Source: Octopus vulgaris (Eukaryota). From it: a stretch of 64,000 nt of DNA. The position numbers and the translations under genes are program-made. The stretch spans positions 135,470,001-135,534,000 of the forward strand of contig OX597814.1 in assembly GCA_951406725.2 (NCBI GenBank). The letters run 5' to 3'. Shown piece by piece: positions 40,276 through 52,660 of this stretch; the first letter of the stretch is position 1; every line of letters starts with the position of its first letter. The notes under the pieces were generated by a model that did no database searches, was not told where the DNA came from, and saw only the letters and a program-made list of their open reading frames with translations.

Positions 40276-41150
40276 ACATTATATATAGGTGTGTGTATGT
40301 ATGTATATATGTATGCATGTATATGTGGGTATAGATATGTGTATATAGCTTTTTAATTTTGATTTACAGCTGCAGTGTCTATGTGTAAAAAAGAGAGAGA
40401 GAGAGAGAGAGAGTGAGAAAGGGAGGGGAGAAAGAGTGGCTGTTTCCTTTACATGTATGTATACTAGTGTGTGTAATTCCATGTAAGAACATATTCTTTT
40501 CAGCCTCTAGCTGATGACATGCTGTGTGAGCTTTTATTACCTGTGTAAAAATGGCGATTTGATGTAATGGGAATGGTGAGCACTATTATGTCTATAATAT
40601 ATTAGTTATAATCTGATTTGTTTAACCACTAAACGAGTTTAATATAATACAGCAAACTGCAGAAATACATGTGACAAAAATCATTTACTGTCGCATTTTA
40701 ATGATATTTAGTATAAGTTACTTCATAAGGCAGCGAGCTGGCAGGATCATTTGCATGCTGGGCAAAACGCTCAGTAACATTTCACACAGCTTTACGATCT
40801 GAGTCCAAATTTCACCAAGGTCAACTTTAGAGCACTGGAGTCAATGTAATCAATTGGCACCCTTTCCTGAAATTGGGCTTGTACAAAAATTTTAAACCAT
40901 TATTATAATTTGTTTATTTAAAAGTGTATTGGATCTTGGGCATTAACTGGGCTAATTGGAGATATCCTGATGCTCATAAAAGTTAAAGGCAATTCATATC
41001 ATTAAGAGTAGCATATATTATTTTTACTACTAGGTGACTTTACTGCAGTACATGATGGCAATTGGAAATCAAACCAATTAAAATAATGTCAATATAAATG
41101 TTATCCACTTTTCATTGCTTCAGATGAGATATTAGCCAGAAAATAATTAA

Positions 41151-41790
41151 TCATCATCATCGTTTAACGTCCGCTTTCCATGCTAGCATGGGTTGGACAA
41201 TTTCACTGAGGACTGGCGAACAAGATGGCTACACCAGGCTCCAATCTGATCTGGCAGAGTTTCTACAGCTGGATGCCCTTCCTAATGCTAACCACTATGA
41301 GAGTGTAGTGGGTGCTTTTACGTGCCACTGGCATGAGGGCCAGTCAGGCAGTACTGGCAACGGCCACGCTCAAATGGTGTTTTTTACGTGCCACCTGCAC
41401 AGGAGCCACTCCAGCATCACTGGCAACAACCTTGCTTGAATGTTTTTTCACGTGCCACCAGCACAAGTGCCAGTAAGGTGACGCTGGTAACGATCACGCT
41501 CGAATGGTGCTTTTTATGTGCCACCAGCACGGAAGCCAGTTAGCTGCTCTGGCAACGATCATGCTCAGAAGGTGCCCTTAGGGCTCCACTAGCATGGATG
41601 CCAGTCATCAAATTTGATTTTGATTTCAATTTCACTTGCCTCAACAGGTCTTCGCAAGCAGAGTTTAGTGTCCAATGAAGGAAAGGTATGCATAAGTGGG
41701 CTGGTTATACCCCTGGCATAAGCCACGAGGTTATGGTCTCACTTGGCTTGCCGGGTCTTCTCAAGCACACCATATTTCCAAAGGTCTTGG
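41151..41790 (-). mobile_element. RTE-associated repeat with hairpin array
   Basis: (CAT)n tail at 41151; repeated decayed GTGCC.C..GCAC units 41320-41600. Confidence 0.7.
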
Positions 41791-43399
41791 TGACTCTTCT
41801 GACAAGGTTATTATTCAGAAAATAATCTTATTAAAATTTCTTCTCAGACATTTAAAATTAAATATTTATCGTGGATGACCATCAGTAGTTATAAGGAATG
41901 AGGAATCAAAAACTTATTTCTGCCAAAGTCTATCCCAATCAAAGTTACATAACATGTGGATAACTTGAAAGGATATTTTTCAGTTACTAATGGTGGCATG
42001 AGAATCTAGTTACTTTCAATAGCAAAAATATACATTCCTTACTCACACCAAAGAGACACTCCAGCCTGCCACTCTTGATCAAGATGCAAATAAGACCAAG
42101 TTGTTATTTTCATGAGGAGACTCTGTCACCAATGTCGCATGGATGCTTGGTCAACATTGTTGTGGTGGTTATCTGTAGGATGTGTGTTGTATTGTTGAAG
42201 ACCTTCGTTGTGTGATCTGGCTGGCTGTGCATATAATAAACAAAGTAACTCATAAACTTCTAATTTTTAACATATTTATTGCTGGACATGATTTATTGCG
42301 TTGGCTGTTTACAAAAGAAAGATGCTGATAATATAAACACCGATTGGGATGAAAGAACTGTGCTGCATCTGGTTGAAGGCTAGTTGTGGTACATCATTTA
42401 TAAGTGTCCAAAATTGTCTTTTCCTCGAAGTGGTCTGAGTGCCCAATTTGATCTGGTCTTAGCAGTCTACCTTCTGTAAGTGCCCAAGCTGGACTACTTG
42501 AGTGCCCGAGGCTGTCTAGTGAATTAGGTGCCAAAGGGTTTATATAAAGTGAAAAGAGGACGAATTTTAGATCATACAAGGAGCCATATCACACCACAGC
42601 CTCACACTGATTGGTCAATTTATAGATCAATCAAGTGAAACTGTGGTGACTCACTCATGATCCCTAATCGCTGTTGGGGTTTCGATCCTTACACTATAAA
42701 ATCCTAAGTCTTAACAATCTTTGATGATCTTTCCAGCAACCAGGAATGTGTGTGACTTGTAGGTTAAATGGAGTGAGAGAGGGATTGACTTAAGTGAAAC
42801 TTTACACAAATAAAAATGTAACAAGTAGCTTCTTAGATTCTAAGTCAGGATTTGAAATTGAATCTACATTTTCCTATAGATTCTCTTCTTGTTCTAGGCT
42901 TTTGCACTTACAAATTTATGAGAGTCGACTGTAACACTAAGGTTCTATTATTTAACTTAACAGTCTTAGGTTACATATCCAACTTTTCAGCATTTGTAAG
43001 TAAAGTAACCAAATTTGGTTTTTCCTTCTTTCTTTCAGTGCCAAAGGAGGGAACACCTTATGCAAGGAACTGCAGTGTTTACCCTCTCTACTTGTCTATA
43101 CTATCTTACTCTTTCTCTCTCTCCCTTTTCCACCAGTCTTCTAGCAGTCAATAAAAGATGAAGTTAACTACCTACAGAATGGATTACAGAATAGCAAATA
43201 ACCTGTGCACAACAACAGCTTAAGGTTGTATTTTACATTGTAACAATGAAAATTAAGGACCCGATTCAAACAATTAATATTTTTCTTCTCATTTTTATTG
43301 CTACATGCCATCGTTAAAAAAACACAAATAACAATTTGTAAACCACTTTTATAAATTAATGATACACAGTTGACACAAATTACAATATGAAATTTTAAA

Positions 43400-46280
43400 A
43401 TATTGTTTTCTGCCAACAGATATGTTGGCTTACTTTCATTCAATGCTACACTGCTTAGTTGTATTTGACCTATTGTACTCCTTTGAAATGTGTTCATTTG
43501 TCTGAAGCTGCTGAAAACACACAGGCAGATTACATAGTGTAGCAGGGAGGGCTGCCAACATACCAGCGATTGTGTTGAAGACCGACAGAAGCAAGATAAT
43601 TTTCGTTAATAGTTGCTTGTGAACCTAATAGATACATATCATCCATAAAAATGTTTGTGTAAATTGTCTTTTTCTGCCTTTAGGAGACCTATAACAACAC
43701 TATAATGAACTGCAACAATTTGAATGTGACTCATCTGCATACACAAAATATATCTTAGTCATTACAATTCCACAATAATCTTTTCAAGATATATAATGGC
43801 AATCTTTGATTGGTTGATCCCGTGGCACTTCCGTTGCTCATTCATCAGCTAGAGCTTGCAAACGACAAGATATTTTTTCTCTGCTTTCCTTAATGAAAAT
43901 TATGCTCCACGGATGGATTTCTATGATAGTTTCACTTAATTTCAGACTATTTTCAAGTTATGACATTTCTAAAATTTCCTTGGTTGCTGCGACCATTCTT
44001 TTAGCACATATAACATAAAGTTTTCCTTTTAAATAATTACCAATGTTGTTTGAATTTACAAAATTATTTTCCAAGCACTCCAATTAAGAAGTCAAAATTG
44101 CACACAGCATTAAATAATGCACTGATATCCATAAATGTATTGAAGCCTTGATTACATTTTTTACATCTACAAGACCACCTTGTTACAATTTGAAATTTCA
44201 CCGTTTCATTCCCAACCCGACTGAAACTGGCTCTGGCACTGAGTACAAATGTCTTGTTATCATAAGCTTTGAATTAAAATCTTCCACCAAACCTTAGTCA
44301 CAATTTATGTTCCTAACACTAGCTGAATGATAACTAAGTTATTTTACTAAATTCTTTGTTATATATAAAGTAATTGAAAGAAACACAGAGAGCATCTCAA
44401 AATAAATAGAGTAACGAAAGGGTTAAGGATCCATGATATTTATTCTCTATCAATTGTGATTTCAATGATTGTATGCTGTTTTGGACTAGCATTTAGAAAG
44501 TATTAGACACTACACATTATTTCTGAGGCATTGCAGAGTGGTTCAGTCAGTATCTGTCATGTTTTGGACAGCAAGATTTAAAAGGTGTACATGGTAATGG
44601 GCAAAGCTGGCAAGTGGAGAAAATTTCTTTTACTGCTGTTCCCAACCTTCCATCAACATCAGTCATATTTGCTACATTATCAACACATTTTCAATTTCAA
44701 GTATTTCCTGAATATATTTTTGACTAACTCACAGAGAAAACTTCTTTCTGAGGAAAGCGTGGCACAAAATCTGAAGGAAGACTCTCCATTTTCTTCTTCA
44801 GCAATAGTTTTGAGGTATATTATGACTTGCTTGACCCTACTAGTATCTGATGTTTCATCAATGATAATAAAATATGCTTCACATGATTCTTTTACATGTT
44901 TCAGTCATCTGACTGTGGCCATGCTGGAATACCACCTTCAAGGGTTTTTTAGTCAAAGAAATTTACCACAGGGCTGAAATGGTAAAAGTTTCAATTGAAT
45001 TAGATTAATGTTGTTCTTGTGGCTGTTTTACTTGTTAATCCTAAATCTGCAAGGTCATACTGTGTGGTAAGAAGCTTGCTTCCCAACCACATGGTTCCAG
45101 GTTCAGTCCCACTGTGTGGCACCTCGGGCAAATGTCTTCTACTATATCTTTGGGCCGACCAAAGCTTTGTGAGTAGATTTGGTAGACGGAAACTGAAAGA
45201 AGCCTGTTGTATATATATATATATATATATGTATGTATTTGTGTGTCTGTGTTTGTCCCCCCAACTATTGCTTGACAACTGATGTTGGTGTGTTTATGTC
45301 CCCGTAACTTAGCGGTTCGGCAAAATAGACCAAAAGAATAAGTCCTGGGGTCAATTTCTTCAACTAAAAACTCTTTAAGGTGGTGCTCCAGCATGGCTGC
45401 AATCAAATGACTGAAACAAATAAAAGAATAAAAGAAAATACTCTGTGTGACCTCATTTACCTGCATTTTGTTGGACAGTGAACAAGAAATTTCTGATTAA
45501 TAACTTTCATATACTCACTGTTCTGCACTTGCTGCTTGTATACACTATTTAGTTGTGTTAACATGTTTTGTGTTTTGTGTTCATTCAATATTTAATTCCA
45601 CTTCCAATGACAAGCACTTTTTGCATGCATTGTGATAACTTCCTTCGCAGTTTTCAAAAGAAAAAGAGTCACTTTGCATGGAGACTTCAAAAGGAAAACA
45701 CAAAATTTAGCAGTTTTGAATTTCATAGGTAAGCCAAGAATAAACTTTAAACTATTCACTCTTGAAACAGCTCAGACTTGAGTCCTTATTAAATTTATTT
45801 TGGGTTAAAATTAGCTGATTTAGTTTAATTTCAGTGATATTGCCTTGTTGAGGCAGCAGTTCAGTGGAGCTTTATAGGTCATATACTTCCTTGTCATTTG
45901 AAAGATTTTTCAGATACGGAAGAATCAAGCTTTGTTAAGATTCAGTGTTGTTTTTAATATCCTGATCATCACATTCAACCAAGCTGTTCTTGATGATACC
46001 ACAATCTTTTATTATATGATTTTTTTGTTGACCAAAACACATTAGTGAACGACTTTTTAATGAAACAACTTTCAGATGGTGTAGATTCCTATTACATCAA
46101 ACTATGGTGTGGATTTTTTTCAGAGAGGTGGGGAGTAGAGGAGTTTCAGATCATTCACACAAGTCCTCTTTGTTTCTTCATTACATACCAAAGATGGGTA
46201 TTTTTAAATGAAATTTTGTACAAATACTTTTTAAATGGTGCTGATTACAATTATATTGGAATTTAATGTTAAAAAACAAT
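43400..46280 (-). mobile_element. Highly decayed hAT (ZMYM1/Tip100-like) transposase with nested piggyBac-type MITE (about 44197-44426) and SINEs
   Basis: YFIIIDETSDTSRVKQV (about 44880-44820), HLLNLAVQ (about 44585), dimerisation motif FSSFRQMNTFQRSTIGQIQLSSVAL (about 43515-43440). Confidence 0.7.
45058..45437 (+). mobile_element. SINE family A, near full length
   Basis: TGTGTGGTAAG A-box region, GGTTCAGTCCC B-box, internal TA/TG microsatellite, AAAAGAAT tail. Confidence 0.75.
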
Positions 46281-46488
46281 GGTAGCTGTGCACACATACA
46301 TACTAACTCACATCACATATATCAGAATGAAACTTGAAATTTAAAAAGAAAAATTGTGATGAGTGTCAGTAGAGTGTAGGACAAAACCCTCTAGAAAAAT
46401 AAACACAAAGTAAAAAAAATCACGAGAACAAAAGCAAGCAAGTTTTAAGTCATAATTTTTATTTTTGTTATTTGTAGTTTATAAAAGA

Positions 46489-47011
46489 CTAGCAGCATAG
46501 CCCGGCGTTGCCCGGGTATGTAAGAGCCCCTAGTAGGCAACGACTAATCCCAATCTAGTCCTTTCCCTCTAGGGAACGAAGGCGGTTTAAACTTTCTTTA
46601 TAACTACCACCCCAAACCTTAAATTTTTGACGTACCCTAAGGGTCCTCGGACGCTACTTGCAAACTCTTGGTTTATTATAAACCGATTTTGTTGTGTGCA
46701 CCAAAAAACCTTTTCCATTCGTTTGTTCAGTTTGGTCACTTTTGACTTTTTCGTTGTTGTCACTCACATTGCTGCCCGCTTTTTGCATATAAAAAGCTTA
46801 GATTCTCGACCCCATGTCGAATTTATCAATGTTTTTCAGAACTGGAGGAACTTTTCAAAATTTTCGCTGCGTTAGTTTTGAATTATGACATTGGGCTATG
46901 TGTGTGTCAAGTTTCATCAGAATCGGTTGAAAGCCGTGGTCAGGGTGAGGGTACAACCTGACAGACACACAGACACACAGACAGACAAACTGCCGTTTAT
47001 ATATAGAGAGA
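46489..47011 (-). mobile_element. Non-autonomous Helitron (Lep1/HINE-like)
   Basis: 5'-TC start, (CTGT)n tract, 3' hairpin CCCGGGCAACGCCGGG, then CTAG; inserted between A and T; no TSD. Confidence 0.8.
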
Positions 47012-47129
47012 TTACATTATATGATAACCCCAATCATAAAAATGAGCATAATAAAAAGAACATCATATCATGTCTCTGAAAAGTTAAAACAAACACAATA
47101 TTGAAAACCTCATTAAATGTTGAAGTTCA

Positions 47130-47935
47130 TTTTATTACAACCTGATGCTCTGCCCTACACTATTCAAAAATTCCTCCATGGTCTTCCTCTCACTGACATA
47201 GTCCAGACATAGGTTCTTTAAACATTGTTGATGCTCCTTTGTAACATGTTTGACTCGTTTTCTTGGAGGCTCAGAACAAGAATCCTTAATCAGAGCTGTT
47301 GATACAAGATCTTAGTCCTTTCTAATACTTTCAATGGTCTTCCAGATAGTTGGGTGGTCATGCCACACAAACTCAGAGAAAAAGAAACATTCCAACTCTC
47401 GCATAGGTTGGTGCAACCCACATTATTGTTGGTTACCTGATGGACATTCCATTCCTGTGGTGGGAATGGGGAAGAATCCTTCTCATGTGTACTGGAGGAA
47501 TTTTTCCATCAGGAAGAGCTGGTGGCTGGACGTGACAAGTGTCAAACATGTAGGTGCTACTGAAATAATCAACCAGGTCTTCCTGTCCTTCAACATCAAG
47601 CATATTTTCCGTCAGATAACCTATCCTACTGGTCACTTTGTCTATAGGTAGAAAAATCAGTCCATCCAACATTCCACAAAAAATGTTTCACTATCATCAT
47701 TCTTGTATGCATTTCTTTATGTACTTTGGATCAGATGATATAGAAACAACTATGAGATGTCACATATGGTCCCAGAACTGTGCCAATAGCATTAATCATC
47801 GCATGTTCAAAATAAGTCATGACATTTGTGGGAGCTAAATTGAATCCCTGATGATTACATTTATCCGAGATTGCCCCAAGGAGTTCTTCATTGGCATATT
47901 GTGACTTCGCAGGCAGAATGGCATACACACACCTT
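47130..47935 (-). mobile_element. Decayed Mutator-like (MULE) transposase; host element spans roughly 46360-52180
   Basis: VYAILPAKS...VMTYFEHAMINAI...CFY, MLDGLIFLP..., DLVDYFSSTY, HPTIWKTIESIRKD; GACAAAACCC-type subterminal motifs on both sides. Confidence 0.75.
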
Positions 47936-48088
47936 ATAAACTAATAACTATTTAAGACCTTTTTTTTAGTTCCAGCAGGATTTTCCTCATTCTTTCATCT
48001 TTATTGCATTTACTTTCAAATATAATTTCAAATAAATAAATTTGAAAACATAAATTGCTTGTTTCATATTGGTATTGTAATTTTCTTT

Positions 48089-51000
48089 GGCCAATGTTGA
48101 CATTATTACCCGGAAACGAAATCGAAAATAAAAAAAAAGTGTAACGGGTGTAAAAAGAAGGTGTAGGAAAGGTATATGATAACAAAAATTCCAGGAAAGC
48201 AACGGGGTGGGTGGGGAGAGGCCTCGGAAAATTCACAAGATCCGATGTTTTTCCCTCATAACTTTTAGGAAAATGTGTTTTTCTAAATGAAATTTTATAT
48301 ATATATCTTTCAAACTGTATAGATTACGATTACAAAGAAATTTGTGGTGAAAGTCTTTTCCGAGGGGGTGGGGAGAGGACTTCGAAAAATTCACAAGATC
48401 CAATGTTTTTCCCTTGTATCTTTCTACTTAGGAAACGAATCTGAAAACAAAAATGCGTGGAAAGCAACAGGGGTGGGAAGACTTTGGAGAATCTTTTCCG
48501 AGGGAGTGGGGGAGAACTTCGGAAAATTCATAAGATCTGTGTTTTTCCCTCTTTGAGGAAAATATAATAATTTTGGAATCACAAATTAGGATTTTCCTCA
48601 GGAAGTTGGATGCTAAATATCCCTTTGAAAGGTTCGGGTCCTTCTACTACATACACATATCTATCTATCTATAGTAGCGTGGTGTATGCAGGAGATTTGA
48701 AATAAAGACACCTACCTTCACTTCGTTGACACAGACCTCCCCGGCAGTAACGCACCCTTCCACGTGGCCCAGGCCGAACGCTAACAATAGCAGCTGTTTT
48801 TCCCTTACCTTGATGAGGTGCTCACAAGTCCAGCTCTGTCGGCTACCCTGATCGAAAAGCCCCAAAGCTCCCCTGCCTGCGAGCGTGTCACTCCTTCCTC
48901 TTCCAGTCAGCTCCCCAGCTGCTGACGTCATCCCACACACCACCCTGATCCTAAAGATCACATTCTCTCTACTCCATGTTGAAGTTCACCATCCAACCTG
49001 GAGGGCGCCTTGTGCGTCGAGATCTTCTCAGGCTAGGCACCTCATTCTCCTCCTCTGCACAATCGTCATCCGACAAAGCAACAATCCTGCGAAGGTCCAA
49101 GACATGTTGCGACATTCCATCCACAGAGACATTGTTTCTGGAATTGACCACCGTCACCGTTCCTCTGCTCCATTGAAACGTACAGCGCGCCTTTGGGAGC
49201 TTAACCCAGACTTCTTCCCGTATTTTCATGCAAGTGGGTCCCTTCTCTTTATTGTGGCACTCCGGCACTTTACTCGGATGCCTCCATTCATATTTAAATT
49301 CCGCTCTGTGTGGCCCAGATTCTTCAGCTTGTCCGGATCAGGGAGACGTTGTACTAGAAAACTGCTTCCAGCAGCGAAATGTGCCCTCTTTCCACTATGG
49401 CCTTGACTATCCAATGGTGCCACTCTACAATTCTGTTACTGCTCGGAACAAGCGACGCACTATCCACCGGTTGAGCATATCCCTCAATGCTTCCAAATGA
49501 AATGCCGCCCCATTGTCCATTAGCAGTTCTTCCACAGGACCCCTCTCTAAAAATATCCATTCAAAACCTGCGCAATCTCATCAGCAATGCCTGTTCTCAA
49601 CTCCCTCCAAATGGTCAGCCGGCTAGGCCCGCAGTCAACCATGGAGAGATACATTCCCTGACAGTAGTGCATCACATCCACAGCTAGCCTCTTCCAGTTG
49701 TGCTCCACCGAAAGGTTTCCTTGCTCGTGCCCACACGGAATGTTGCAGCTCCCGACCACGTTCCGGATGCTTCTCCTAGTAAAATCAGCATCAATCTTCT
49801 TCGCGAGATACAGGGTCCTGTCCACACCCAAGTGATGCATAGTGTGCAGTCTCTTCAGTTCGGAGTCATCCAACCGACACGCTGCAGCTATCCTTTTCTG
49901 TGCTTCCTCTGGCTCCTCCAACCACACCTTTTTCACCCTGGTCAGTGCATCTGCCTTGTTTCTCTCTGAAGGCACGAAAACCATGTTCAGCTTCAGTCTG
50001 AACAATTCTCCTAGAACTCCTACACGGCGCCTCATCAACATCTCTGCGGCACCTTTCATCCAAACTCTTCTCTCACCGGTGATCACAAATCCTACCCAGC
50101 CAAGTACAGTGGCCGAATCCATCTGGATTTCGATTGAGCGCAGCCCCCATTTCAGAGCTAAGTTCACCTCTTTCAGCACCGTGTCTAATTCGGTGACATT
50201 GATGTGGTTAAAGTCATCTGCTTTCCGAAGCCAGGCCACGTCCTCCATCTCAGCACCTTCGATCTCCAACACAACCCCTATCGCTATACTGCTAGTATCA
50301 CACCAGACAGTCCCGCATTCTGTCTTGGGCACATACCAGTTCCCCCTGACTAGGTCTTCCGCTCTCATCCTCTCTAGGATTTCCTGCATCATCACCACCG
50401 TCCCTCGGTCTTGACATCAATTAAGGGTAGTGTCTCCAAAAGCACCTCTACTCGTTTGCGGGGTGATTCGAGAGGCAGCAACTTCTCCATGGTCATTTCC
50501 CTGGTTGCAATCACGGGCAATGTTACCTTGGCTGCCTGCATCAATAGCAGACGGGTCCCGGTTGCGTACACTCCCTTGCCATGTGCAACCCCTGATATCT
50601 AAAACACCGGCCTGAGAACGGCCACTGTCGTTGCACGGTAGGCTTCTTCGTGTCTTTCTCCAGCTGTCTTTATGTGCCTCTGTTACCGCCATTGCTATCG
50701 CCTTCCATCCAGTGTTTCGCGTGTCAACCCACTTACGAACGCCAGTCACATTTCTCTCTCCAGGTCTTCTCCTGTAAACCCAGCCAGCGTGGCTGGCCTT
50801 TGCACCTCCGTCACGTATTCATCCACCTGCTCTCCTGTCCATCTAATCGTTCCCAGCTTAACAAAGGCTGTGTACTCACACTCGGTGTAAGCATCTCTCA
50901 GATGCACTCAATCTTCTCCTCGCTCAGACATTCTTTGTCCATCTCAAGATATAGAGTCAACATGCTCCCTTCCAAATATAGTGCCATAAGGCTCGCCACG

Positions 51001-51967
51001 TCGCTAATGCCTTGCAGTCTCACCATTAGCCTGATTTTACGTATCCAGGCCATTACATCGCCCTCACCATTAAAGGGTCTGATAACATCGCTGGCGATCC
51101 TGATCTTAGTTGCCATCGTGATGTCTTTATGGAGTGCCAAAATAGCTTGTGGTGTATGCAGGAGATTTGAAATAAAGACACCTACCTTCTGTTCGTCAAC
51201 GCAGACCTCTCCAGTGGTAATGCACCCTTCCACGTGGCCCAACCCGAACGCTAAAAATAGCAGCCGCTTTTCCCTTACCTTGATGAAATGCTCACACGTC
51301 CAGCTCTGTCAGCTACCCCGATCGAAAAAGGCCCAATGCTCCCTTGCCTCAGTGAGCCTCACTCCTGCCTCTTCCAGTCAGCTCCCCAGTTGCTGACGTC
51401 ATCCCACAAGTAGGACCCGAACCCTTCAAAGGGATGTTTAACATCTAAGTTCCTGAGGAAAATCCTAATTTGTGATTTCAAAGGACTATATTTTCCTCAA
51501 AGTTACGAGGGAAAAACTCGGATCTTGTGAATTTTCCGAAGTCCTCTCCTACCCCATTGCTCTCCGCGCATTTTTGCTTTCAGATTCGTTTCCTACGTGA
51601 GTATTAAGTAGAAAGATATCCATTTTCCTCAAAGTTACGATGGAAAAACATCAGATCTTGTGAATTTTCCAAAGTCCTTCCCTCAACCCCTCGAAAAAGA
51701 TTTTCCCCACAAATTTCTTTATAATCGTAATTTATACCGTTTGAAAGGTATTTATATAAAATTTCATTTTGAAAAACACATTTTCCTAAAAGTTATGAGG
51801 GAAAAACATTGGATCTTGTGAATTTTCCGAGGCCTCTCCCCACCCAAGTTGCTTTCTCGGAATTTTTGTTTTCATATTTGTTTCCTACACCTTTTTTTTT
51901 TTTTTACACCCGTTGCACTATTTTCCTTTTTCGATTTCGTTTCCGGGTAATAATATCAACATTAACC
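48089..51967. mobile_element. Foldback element with ~560-bp inverted arms, interrupted by an LTR retrotransposon
   Basis: Arms 48089-48648 and 51409-51967; termini GG(C/T)(C/T)AATGTTGA; perfect 8-bp TSD TTTTCTTT at 48081-48088 and 51968-51975. Confidence 0.85.
48678..51408 (-). mobile_element. Internally deleted Gypsy-like LTR retrotransposon (gag, RNase H, integrase; no PR/RT)
   Basis: LTRs 51148-51408 and 48678-48937 (TG...CA), 5-bp TSD AGTAG; gag IRPFNGEGDVMAWIRK; RNase H WCDTSS..HINVTELD..MDS; integrase HHLGVDRT, LAVDV, LLMDNG. Confidence 0.9.
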
Positions 51968-52211
51968 TTTTCTTTTTATATGTGAGCATAACGACTCAAT
52001 TTTTAATTATATTTACCATGTTTCCTTTCTCCGGTTTCCAAATGGAACTATAAAACCCTGGAGAACAAAACCCCACTAAAGTAAAAAAAAAAAACAACAA
52101 CAAACAATTGCACTATTGGCCTTTCGTTGCACTGTTAGTTTTTATTTATTTATTTTTTAGGAAGATGTTTTTACCGACACATGGGGGATTACGGTACTCA
52201 GGTAGAGAAAA

Positions 52212-52303
52212 CGGCGGAGGTAAATAATACGCACACCACCCGTTTTAGATGTAACCCTAACCCTAACCTAAACGCCAAGTGTGCGTATTCTTTACCTTCG
52301 CCG
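52212..52303. mobile_element. Tiny inverted-repeat element enclosing telomere-type TAACCC repeats
   Basis: CGGCGGAGGTAAATAATACGCACAC / GTGTGCGTATTCTTTACCTTCGCCG. Confidence 0.6.
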
Positions 52304-52325
52304 ACAAATCAATGATCATATAGAG

Positions 52326-52660
52326 CAGTGGTTCTCAACAGCGGCCCATGCGAAATTTTTGGAGGTCCACGTAACAAAATAGCAAATTGGGGATCCACAA
52401 TAGTATTTTAAGGGCATCTGAAAAAGATTTTACTTTAAATATATGTATTGGTATGTGTCGCAAAAAAAAAAAAAAACAGCTGGGTTTCTCTCTCTAACAT
52501 TTTACATAGTTCAACTTCACATATTAATGTGAGAAACACAAAACAGGAAATTTGAACGAAGTTTCTATAAAACTAGTTTTTAAACAGCGAATAGCTATGG
52601 GGATCCATCAGAATAAAATAGTAATCAAAGGGATCCATAAAAAATGGTTGAAAACCCCCG
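52326..52660. mobile_element. hAT-type MITE (related to 11898-12103)
   Basis: TIRs CAGTGGTTCTCAAC / GTTGAAAACCCCCG; TSD ATATAGAG/ATGTAGAG. Confidence 0.75.

Noticed and set aside
42046-42225. Minus-strand exon-like segment with CAG acceptor and GTGAGT donor
   Set aside because: Stops in all three frames and no partner exons; cannot support as coding
50650-51396. 248-aa plus-strand ORF (also 49842-50414 and 48885-49406)
   Set aside because: Antisense shadows of gag/pol/LTR in GC-richer retroelement DNA; no recognisable motifs
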